A stretch of 50,817 nt of DNA from Catajapyx aquilonaris (lineage: Eukaryota): positions 1-50,817 of the forward strand of contig KZ538737.1 of the NCBI GenBank assembly GCA_000934665.2. Reading direction: 5' to 3'. How positions within the stretch are numbered: position 1 is the first letter of the stretch; each line of letters begins with the position of its first letter. A model generated the notes under the pieces. The model was not told the origin of the DNA and did not search any database. It worked only from the letters and a program-made list of their open reading frames with translations. The position numbers and the translations under genes are program-made. Of the stretch, positions 23,101 to 35,100 are shown piece after piece.

Positions 23101-26100
23101 GTAAATAATTTGCGACGGAGTATACTGTTGATACGGAAGTAACATAAATATTGAATAATAAAAGAGCATTGTTGGTGGTCCAGAAGGTGTTACACTTTTT
23201 TTTGGTTGTTGTTGTTGCGAACATAACATGCTGTAGGAAAAGCATCTTTAGAAACGTGCGAAAATGGCGTCACATTATAGGGTCGATATTCCTCTCTAGT
23301 GTCTCAGGGATTCCCCCTCGCTCCGGAAACAACGACTCTAATTAATTAATTAATTAAATACAGGGTTAGCAGGAGTGGCGCCAATCGCTTGACAGCAAAA
23401 TTCAAATTTGCAGGAAAAAAAAGCAGGCTATAATTTGTCATTACTATCATTGCTATTTGTTATTATATTATTTGTGAAATTGTTTATTTTTAGTTATTAT
23501 TAGTTATGTGCGGTTATTGTTACTTTATTTTATTCTATATTATTTTAATATTTCTTTTATTATTAATTTATTTGTCTATTTTAGTTTTATTATTAGTAGT
23601 TTATTCGAATTCATTGCTCATTTTATTTTCGTTATTTAATATTTTACTCTGTTATCGCTTAATATTTATTATGTCAATAATATGTTAATTCATTACATAT
23701 TTATTTTTATTTGATATTTTATTCTGTTATTGCTTAATATTTATCCTGTAAATAATTTGATATTAGTTCATTACATATTTATGCCAATAATATTTGATAT
23801 TAATTCATTACATATTTATTTCAATTTAATGATGTTTGATATTAATTGATTTTTTTTTTCGGATTCCGACCTTGTCTGGTTGTGTTCCAGGTTTAGGGTT
23901 TGGAGCTAGGGGATGGCGGGGTTAGGGTAGATGAAGGGAGTAACTACACAACCCTCCTTTCCTCCCCACCCACCCACCATCCCCCCACCAGGCCATGGTT
24001 TTCCTCCAGCGTGTGCTGAATTGATTGCCTTGAGTAAGAACGTCCGGCGCAGGTCCTTGTTAACTCCACTACATTATCTGTGCCCGTGTCAAATATATTT
24101 AAAAAAAAGAGCACAGCAGCCAAAACAACAACAAGAGGACACAATATTAATTTTTTTTTCTTCTTACTCCGGAGTATCTTTGCGGAAAATTGGAAGAACG
24201 TGGTAAATAGGTTTTAGCTAACGGGAAACTTCTAGTATCAAAACCTGGAGCTGCAAAATAATTGGCCGGCAAAATGTCTGGAGCGAGGAGGAAATGGGTG
24301 TGGCTTGCGGTTTTTGGGGAGGGATGGGAAGGGGGGGTGGGGTGGGAGGATAGAGGGGGGGTTGTCGCCAATTTTGAGAAAAGGAGGGGGGGAGGGGAGG
24401 GGGGACTTTATCGATCTTTTGGGCCAAAAGGACCCAGCAGCTTCTCCAAATCAACAGTTGCAAGACGAAGCTTACAAAATGATACACCGGAATTACAGCG
24501 CAGATATTCGCAAAAAAAAAAAAATCTGCAAGAATACAATAAAGCAGAGATATAAGCATTACTGGTTTGAAAGAAATGAAAATAGGAGTAGGAATCAATA
24601 AAATGAAAATAAATAATGAAAACAAGATATTAATAAATAAAAGTTAAGTGGCAAAAATAAAATAAATCGAAGGGATAAAATTGCCAGTTTCTATAATTTG
24701 CGAATTAAACACACAGTTGTATGAAAATGTAGAAATGAAATAAATAGTTAAAATTAAAATGTAAAATAAATAAATAAAAGTTGTAAAAATAAAGCAGATA
24801 TATAAAAATTACCAGCAGTTTCAAAATCTGGACAATGAATAATAATGGCATTAAAATGCGAAATAAAATGGAAAAAAACATGTGTATAGACGAAATAAAA
24901 TAAATAACAATTAAAATCACAGATAAACTAAATATAAATGTGAATGAAATAAATACTAAATAACAATTAAAATTAGAAAATTAAATAATATAACTATAAA
25001 TAAAATAAATATATACCTAAATAAAAAATGAAATAAATATATAGTCTACCTAAATAAATAAAAATTAAATAAATGTATCCCAAAATGTATAAAAACTGCA
25101 CAACAGTAATGGTACCGTATTATAAATATCGAAATGACATAAAAATAATAAGGTATATAAAATAATACATGAATAAATAAAATGCCATTTAAAAAAAATG
25201 CAAATAAAATAAATAAAAGTTGCAAAAAAGAAATCAAATATAAATTTCAAATTGCAAAAAAAGGTCAACAAATCAGTGGGATTAATATCGTTATCACTTG
25301 GGTTAAGTTCACAGGTGATAATCAACATGTCGCAATAATTCAGTGTGGAGGGGGGAGGGGGGCAACAAGATATGACCTTTTTGATTTATTTATAAAAAAA
25401 AGTGTCACTCTCTCGCAGTCACAAACTGTCCAGATTTTTTTTTTACAATTATTATTCGAACTTATTGTTTTCTCTTTTCGTGCCAATTGCATACGGAATG
25501 AGTTTAACGTCCCTGTAAACAATTGCTTGTGTGTGTTTTTTTTCTTCTGCATGTTGTGACGATTATTTGGTGGAAAGTTTTGGGAGCCCGTTATATGAAG
25601 GTGGGGTTTGGAGGGGGGGGGGGGGGNNNNNNNNNNNNNNNNNNNNNNNNNNNNNNNNNNNNNNNNNNNNNNNNNNNNNNNNNNNNNNNNNNNNNNNNNN
25701 NNNNNNNNNNNNNNNNNNNNNNNNNNNNNNNNNNNNNNNNNNNNNNNNNNNNNNNNNNNNNNNNNNNNNNNNNNNNNNNNNNNNNNNNNNNNNNNNNNNN
25801 NNNNNNNNNNNNNNNNNNNNNNNNNNNNNNNNNNNNNNNNNNNNNNNNNNNNNNNNNNNNNNNNNNNGGGGGGGAGGTACCAGCCACCGGGATTATGTTT
25901 GCGAAATAATGGCCATAAGTTTTGATATGACCCACTTGGCATTTTTGCGTCAATCGTCGACTCCCACTAGTTTTGTGTGTGAGTGGGCGATAGCGTCACT
26001 GACAATGTCGGTGTCGCCCACTCAGTTGTCGACGTCGGTTTTTTTCTGTACGTATTTACAGACGTAGGCAAGCAGGTGCGCACAGCTTCCTAACCGAGTC

Positions 26101-29100
26101 ACTGGGGAGGGCAATCACCTCACTTTCTCATCTGAAGCTCCAGATGGAAAGTCAATTAGCGGAATTGGGATATACGTTGGGATGATACGACGTGCATATG
26201 AGTTGACAAAATAATAATAATGCATGGGTCATACCCGGTCATACCGGGGAAAAAATTAGCGCAATTGCGTATTGAAGTTGGAAATAATGTGGATCAAAAA
26301 TGGCGTGTACCCAATAAACATGAGCGTCACTTTTTAATAAATATTAATACATTATATAATCGAATAATAATGATGCTGACCTAATTGAATTGAAAAGTGC
26401 TGAAATGTTAATGAGAGTTGAAAACGTGGACCAAAAATGGAGTATGCACAATAAACATGACCGTCACTTTTTTTAAATAAATATTAATTTAATCAAATAA
26501 TAATGTTGAAATAATTAAATGGAAAGAAAGTGCTGAAATATTAATGAGAGTATTGAAAATAATGTGGACCAAAAATGGCGTATGCACAATAAACATGAAC
26601 GTCACGTTTTAATAAATATTAATTATTTAATCGAATAATAACGATGAAATATGGACCATAAATGGCTTGTGCACAAGAAACCTGAACGTCAAAGTTTTTT
26701 AAATTAAAATAGCTAATCGAATTAATTGCATAATAATTTATACTTTTATAGCGATGAAGTAATTAAATTATTTAACTGAAAGTATTGACATATTAATAAA
26801 CCTATCGACATTAATAAAATGCGGACCAAACATGGCGCATACACAATTTATGAATGATCACTTTTTAATAGAAGATTTATTTAATTAAAAGTATTGAGAT
26901 ATTTAGGAAATTTGAAATATGATGAAATATGGACCAAAATGGCGTATATATAATAAACATGAAAGTCAGTGTATAAATAAATATTAATTTGTATTTAATC
27001 GAGTCAATGTAATAATAATAAGGATGAAATGATTTAATTATTAATTGAATACTTTGAAGTATTAATGAAAGTAGTAAGATTAATAATATGGGCGAGCGTC
27101 ACATTTTAATTAATATATGCGCATTAACAAAATTGTGATCATCCTGAATATGAATAGGAAGAGTTTTTTGGGTAATGACGGTTAGTAACTGGGGGGGGGG
27201 GGGTTATTAACTCGCAATTAGCGNCGGAACAATGCAATCAAGGGGGGGTTGGGGACAAAAAAAGTGTCCTTCAGATAGTACAAGAGACTATAAATGTTGC
27301 GCTGAAGATTTATGCTGCTGGCCAATTTTTTGCATAGCCTTTTTTTTGCACGTTTTTTTTGCAGACTTGCAGTTTCGTAATGTTTGGGTTTGTCATTTCA
27401 GATGTGCACAGTCGAACGGTTAATTAATTCGCACATTTTTTCCCCTCCTAACAGTGCATGTGACAATTTTTCATCGCAAAATTTTTGCATGCATAACCGC
27501 GATGTAGGGCATCCTTGCGCATGACAATTACACAGTTTGATGAATTGTAGCAAGCTTGCATTAGACGTTTGGACAACTCCCAACTATATATATTTTTTAG
27601 TATGTTTTTTTTTTTTTGAAGGATCACAGATTCTCTTATGATGGCAGCAACAATCACGCAAGACTTGGCACATGTGGCAACTTGTTAGAGAGATTTTATT
27701 TTTTTTGTACCATGAGAGGTGCATTGCCTTGGCCTGTTTCCTCCATCTGTCCATCCCACGTTTGCAATATACCGTACCATGAATTTTTGCAGGTGGCCAG
27801 TGCACTTTTTTTTTTTTTGCACAAACTCCATAGGGGATAAGCTCTATACATATGCCCTCAGGTCTTTTATCAGGGGTTTTCCCAGCACTGGGGGGATTCA
27901 ATTTGGCCTATGGCGTTGGGGAGGGGGGGNGGGGGGGGGGGGAATAAAAAAACCGAGGGCAAAAAGTAGCCGAAAATGAAATGCTTCAGGGTAAAAAATT
28001 TTGCGTGCAGATTTATGGTCTCTGGAATGGTATGGAGGCACGAGAAGGGCTCGTCAGGGTGGACCTACTCTTTTTTTGGTCATTCTAGAGAGAGAAAAGA
28101 ATCAAACTTCACATTTTTAATTAATTTAAATTTGAATTAGTAAGGTACACAATTTTTGGCAAGTTTCTGGAAAAATCAAATTGGTGCACATTTTAAATTA
28201 ATATTAAATTTGAATACTACACCTTTTTTACTATTATTAAAATTTAAATTTGGCACAATTTTTGGCTCGTTTTGGGAAAAATCAAATTGGTTCACATTTT
28301 AAATTAATATTAAAATTTTTACTTACACTGTTTTACTCTTACTGAATTTTAATTAGTAAGGTATACACAATTTGTGGCAAGTTTCTGGTTCACATTTTAA
28401 ATTTAAATGTAAATTAGTAAGGTATGCAATTTATTGCCAGTTAATGGGGAAAAAATCTGAGGCATATTTTTCAATTAAGTTTTAAATTAGTATGGTGTGC
28501 AATTTTTGACCAGAATCATTGAAAAATTAATTGATGCACGGTTTAAATTAATGTTAATTTTAATTTGCAAGTTAATGCCATTCTTGACCAAATTCAGGAA
28601 AAATGTAATTGATGCACATTTTTAATTAGAATTAGCAAGATATGCCATTTTTGGTCGAATTCAAGAAAAAACACCGAAATTGATGCTGCACATTTTAATT
28701 AATTTAAATCTAAATTAGTAAGGTGTGCAATTTTTGTCCAAACGATGGAAAAATCTAATTGGTGCACATTTTAAATATAAATTAGTATAAGGTGTGCAAA
28801 TTTTGGCCAAATTCTATAAAAATCATTGATGCACCCTTTTTTCTTCTTCTTCAAAAATTGTAATGAGCAAATGCACCTGGGTGAGAATGTGCGCGTGCAG
28901 TACAATAGAAGGATGTGCAACACAAATCCATGGGCCATTAATTTTTCAAAAATCTGGTCGCATCCTATTGCGCTGAAACTTTCTCTGCATTTTAGAAAAT
29001 GCATGGAAAGAAACCGCATGCACGTTGGCCATAATAATAAGAAATAAAAAAGGAAGTAGTAATAGCTATGCAGGCACGTTTGCAAAACTTTCCCGATTGA

Positions 29101-32100
29101 AAAAAAAGCAACAAAAAAAACACACACACGAACAAACCCGAATGTCACCATGAGTTGACCATCGACAATTCGCGATGCACAGAAAGGAAATTTTTGCAAA
29201 AAGAAAAATGCAAGGAGAAAGTGCAAGAATAGATCAGTCCTTTTCACTCACACACTTAATCGCAATTTTTTTGCTCTCTTCCTAATGTAAGTAGGAAGAC
29301 TGCAGATTTTTTGCGATTAAGTGTTAATAAAATTAGGATCTTGCCAAATTTTTGCTGAATTTTTACGATTGCAATATTTAGAGGCCCCCCTAAAGGGCTT
29401 TGTTGGCCCAGCATGGGGTAAAATAAATAAAATAAACATAAAATAAAGATTGCAATATTTAGTAAGTTTATAAAATTTGCATAGTGATAAAAATCTGCAC
29501 TCTTCCTACTTACGTGATTAAGTGGATTAGTGCTAATAAAATTAGGATCTTGCCAAATTTTTGTTATTGAAATATTTAGTAACTTGATGAAATTTGCATG
29601 GTGCACCATTTTGCTTATTGCTGAATTTTTTTGCATTCTTGCAATTTTCTGAACTTGTTTATTACTATTTTTTTGCACTGACTTTTTATGAGTTTTAACG
29701 GGGAAGGTTGTTGACAGTTTTTTTTTCTTTCTTTCTTTCTTGCTAAAATTCCTGAGGTGGCCCGATAAAGTGATTGCCAATTTGGCAGGGAAGGGAAATA
29801 GGACAGGAAGGATGTGGCAACCCAGCATTCCTGCCACGCATCTCTAACAGAGAGGTTGTTTCATATATAAGAAATATTTCTCTCGTACATAAAGACAAAA
29901 AATATATATTCTATAACAGCATATAAGGTCGTGTTATTGGTTTTGGTGATAACAATGGGATCTGGTTTGTTCCCATTTTTTTAAAAGATATAAAGTTGTT
30001 TGCGGTATTATTCAACGGCAAAAAGGGGGGGGGGGCATTTGCGGTTAGAGAATACAACTTTCCCGTTTTATGAGCATAATCGTGCACTTGTATGCAATTG
30101 CTAGGTACCGAGTGTACTTTTTTGTGTACTATGAACGCGGATGATCAAGCAGAGTAACACTCGGGTCATTCGCATGATAAACTTATTACATTCTGATTGA
30201 TCCGCCGCATGTTGTTACCGCGACGATTCCGATTGGCCCATGTACTGCGCATGCGCAATGGGGGGGGGGGTAGTCGCTAACTTCCCATTGACGTCTTTGT
30301 TTACCAGTTCCGTAAAATTTTATTGCAAATCATTGTTGGAAGTAATGACCGGAGAAATATGTCAGTTGCGTTATATATAAACAATGGCGGTTTTGATTTT
30401 TCGTAACTGGAATTTGAAGGTCTTGAGATGCCCTTCCTTTCGCTTTTTTTTTTTAATCGTTCTAAAGCGTTTGAATAGAGAGCGATTGTAAGGATTGTAA
30501 CAATAGCAATATTTTTGGACGACCTTATACATGTGAAACAGGAACTTTTTTTTTTTCGCAAACTGTGTACAAATCGGTAGCTTCCGACTCTAAAATGTCT
30601 TTGACACTTTTTGACCAAGGTGATTCAAAATAGAACTACTAGCTGATAGCCACCTATTTTTTTTGCGGTCGTTAGTACTTTATACAAACCACACGTAAAA
30701 AAAATATCGGGCAGGAACCTAGGAGAATTATATAGACTTGTTCAAGGTCCTTGGGGATCTTTTGATAGTGACGATATCCTTGCAATGTCCTCTCTGCTTG
30801 ACGACAAAATGAGTGATCAGAGACATGTTGACGTCAACAAACTCTTTTCTGATTTCTTCCTGAGAGCATTTCCGGTACGATTGACAATTTGTGGATATGA
30901 GATAAATCTTAAGTTTGATTTGATTGCAGGTCACATGATTGTTGAACATTGCCAATATTTTGGACAGTTTTTTTTGAGAGAGAGTATCAATTGCAAGGTT
31001 ATATGGTAATATTGGGTGCTGCAAAAATTAAGGTCAACTCCGATACCTTTTGTCAGACGATGGGGGACATTTTTTTTTGCGATCGAGTTACGCAAAAAAA
31101 ATTCGCTATGTTGTGTGGTCTGTTTTGCCACGAGGGGAAAGTTGCAGGACTGGTATGGATATATGCAGACGTTTTGTTGTGCAGAGTGTCTTGATTTTTG
31201 TGAATCTCTTTAAGATTTTTATTTGCTTCCATATAAGTTTGAGGCCAGATGGCAGTAGCATCGGTTGGTGTCCATCCGGGTACTTTCACTTTTCTGTCAT
31301 GGCGGCTGGATTTTTCAGGAGAAGGGGATAATAATCTCCTTGAAAAATACCGAGGATGGACAAGCAATATAGGTTGGATTATTATTAAAAGGGACCCCCA
31401 AATATTGAGGTCAACTATCGACTGGGCTTTTAATTAGAAAGTGTGGGTGTAGCTATTTTCTCCCACTTAAAATGACCGTTTTGGTTGAGTAATATGCTGA
31501 CATGTTGTCACATTGTCATACTACTGAGGGTTTTTTCCCTCACCATATCGAGTCAGGGGGGTCTAACCTTGATCCACATATGTTCGTATTCGTGTGGAGC
31601 TTCCACATTAGCATGATTGCATTTGCTTCAAAAAAAAAAAGAGGTGCTCCGTACAAGTGCCCTTCAGATCTAAGTGCAGAATAGCAGAATCGTGTCACGT
31701 AACCGGTATACTATGCAGCATCACGCCATTTTGACTTTATATATTTAAAAAAAATTAGGGCCAATGCCTGTTTTTTTTCTGTCCGCTTTTGTATGTCAGC
31801 TTCATGTACCGATGTACGGTTCAATTGGCCTTGGGAACAGTCAAGACTTCGTGATTTTAATTTTTTTTTGTGTGTGTGTATGTACAACAGGTCTTACCAG
31901 GTGTGATTACTCTCAATGTGCACGTCCTGATTTTTCTGACGATAAAAAAGAATTTATCTGATCTGGACTATAAAGGGACCGAAATTAGGACAACAGGAAA
32001 CCGACTTAATTTGCGTTATATAAAATAATTTAAAGTGTCACAACGTCAGGTGAAAGTTTATTGCATTAAAATAAAACCTGGGCCCTGATCATAAGGAACC

Positions 32101-35100
32101 AATTTTTGTGGCCGATTTATTAGCTGGGTTATGTCATCAATATTTTTTAATCGCTGCAATTACACATTTTCTCTTTTGTTGTTGTTGTTGTTGTTGAAAT
32201 GGGTATTCTGAGCGGAACATATAGATTCCCCCATAAGTTGTGAAAGCCTTCCTGTAGAAAGCAAACTTATAGCTTAATATGAGGGGGAGTTATTTGACTG
32301 ACTATAGCTTCTTGGTTTGTTTTTGTTTCGCAGAAAGGGTAGTGAGAGGACACCTAACTGTTATTTTGGCCACGACCACAGTTTGCGTGTGCACAGGTTT
32401 CAACCTGTAGGCATAAAAAAAGGGGACACAGTTTCTTCAGGCGGAAGCTAATGAACCCTTTTACTACCTTAAAAAAAAGTTGATATAAAGTATGGAAGTC
32501 AATTTGGAAGCAGAAAACTACATATGTATGGTTAAAGTATATGGAAGCTTATTGGGAAGCAAAAACCAACATATGTTGTACTTCGGAAAGGAATTGATAA
32601 CGTTATTGAGTAAATGAAAGAACAAAATGTGGTTTTTTTGGTACCTTTTTGAACATACCGCACCATTTCAGCTACGCCATCTATGATGCGCAACCGGAAG
32701 CGCCAGCCAGCCCTGCCAGCTACCGCCATTCGTGGCTTATACCGGAACTACCTCCCTCACATACGCCAAAATCCTAAAATTTTTGCATTTACACTTCAAA
32801 AAGTGCGGTTTTCAGACGTTTCTCTCAAACAAGGGCAGGTTTTCCATCAGTGTACAAAGTTTCAGTGCTCACAGCTGTGTGGAAGTGTGTTAGGTAGCCC
32901 GGACAAACATGTTCAAATCACGTTCTATTATATTTATTACTAGCTGCGGCACCCGGCGTTGCCCGGGAAGAAATGAATGAAGGGAAAACCCCTGCCAGTA
33001 CCCCCGTCAACTGTCTGTCTTTCTGTGTGTCCGGCCACCAATGCCATCTGTGGTCCTGCTACTCCAACACCTTGAACCTCTCCCGCCTGTATAACGGCAA
33101 CCGTCATTTGCCTGCCATCTGTAGTCAACCCCAACACCTCCATCCTCTCCCGGCCTGGGGGTGGAGCACAGATGGCAGGCAAATGACGGTTGGCAGGCGG
33201 ACAGACAGACAGACTCACAAACGGCTTTATTTATATAGATTTTATTTTATTTTATTTACCCTGTGATAGAGCAGTACTGTCTTGGGGGGAGGTTCACGTT
33301 TAATATATGACGTGAACGTGAACGTTATGAACGTGAAAGTTTTCCAATTTGGCCTCCATACTTTCAGAAAACGGCACATGTATGCTTAACGTATACTAGA
33401 GCTTCGCTCGCATTTTCCTATAGGTCGCAGGTCTGTGGAGAGCCGCTCGCTTTTTTCTAGGCCTGCGGTTGACGGTCAAAGGACATTCGGAAGCATATGT
33501 TGTAGCTTTTTAAAGTATGGGAGCTTAATTTGGAAGCGGAAAACAACACATGTTGTGTCATATTTTGGGTGGAATTTCTTGTGGGGGGTGGGGGGGGGGG
33601 GGNTGGACTTTCGACTGGTTAGCACCTTTTGCTGGCTTTAAAGGAATGGGGTCAGTAGACAGGGGGACTCATTAAAAGAGCGCAGTGTTACGCCCCCGTG
33701 GACTGTGTTAGAAGAAGAAGAGGGGGGGGGGGCTTTCGCCTTAGCTGTGCTTCCAATGTTGCCAACATATCCGGAAATTACTATGTGGCAACACTGCTTG
33801 CCAAAGAAGTGAGAGGCCTGCAAAAAAGGTTGTGGTGATTGGCTGGCCTGGTTTGAAAGCGAGCTTGTGATTGGTTAGAAGAGGCGTGGCTCGCACGTGA
33901 CCTACTGCCCTGTTCTTTCCCAATTTTTTTTTCTTTTTCTTTTTGCCACCAGGGAGCCAGCTTTAAAAGGCTGGGTCTCCGTTGCACTTGTGGTCGTGGC
34001 AGCTCGGATGCGAGTCGGACCACATGTGCCTAAAATGCTCGCCAAAATGCCACTGACCACTTCAGGACCACTTAGACCAAAAAAGCGGAAGTTAGCCGAC
34101 CTTGCTGTTTTTTAAAAAAAAGAATATATAAGATATATTATGTGCCCTTGACCGGTCGGAAGGTCAATAAGTAGTGAAAGGGTATTGGGTGTATGAAATA
34201 TAAGGTGTTGTTGTTTTCAAGGCTGGTGTTTACCGTTACCTTCTCAGGAACGTGACCTTTTAAATAGTGTGTGATTCCATGGGAACTTCGTAGAAGCCAA
34301 ACTTTTTTATATATACTGAAAGTGCCACCTAGCTCTAGGAGTACAGCCAAAAGGAGGAATGGAGGCCAGTTCGCCATCTTACACCGCGTTCCAAACCGGA
34401 TTGGGAACAGGAGGAACCAACCCCATCTGGAGGCTTTCCAACCCAGATGGCAACCTCTAAAAAGGACCGTACAGTGTGTGTGTGTGTGTGAAGGAAAAAA
34501 AGCTGGAATGCAGTTGCAGTGAATAAGTGAAATAAAAACAGTGTGGCCAGTGTCGCCAGTGTAGCGTACCAAGGAAATGTGACGTCACTACTAGGCGTTA
34601 CAATGAAATGTGACGTCATACGCCAAAATGGCTGAGAGCTAATAAAAGCTCTTTTTTTGTACAAGTGAAACTGCTATATGGAACCACAGGATTTGCACGG
34701 TATTGGCCAGGAAATGGGCAAAGAGTAGGGCTGTCCCCAACTGGTCCACGCTTGCCAGGTGAAAGTGGCCTCAGCGATAAGGATTTTTTGAAGGGGGGCT
34801 TTTTTTTTTCGGCATGGAGCCAGAACCAACAAGGCGTGTTTGCTCTCACTTCCCAGTTCCATGGATACCCTAGGCAAGTTGTCAGTCAAACAAAACAAAA
34901 AAATATCATGGCCCAAAGCACTACCAGCTGGCCAAACCTCCCCCGGAAATAAACGTCACACTGACCCACACTGGAGGTTGGACACAAAACCGGACGTGAA
35001 AGAGAAAAGATCTTGCGATGTGGCAACCTTCTACAGGTTTACAGTTTGCAGGAGTTGCCAGGTGTGCAGTTGGCGAGAATTAGTAGAGTAGATCATCTGG

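Noticed and set aside
25340..26067. ORFs containing X runs
   Set aside because: Artefacts of the assembly gap.
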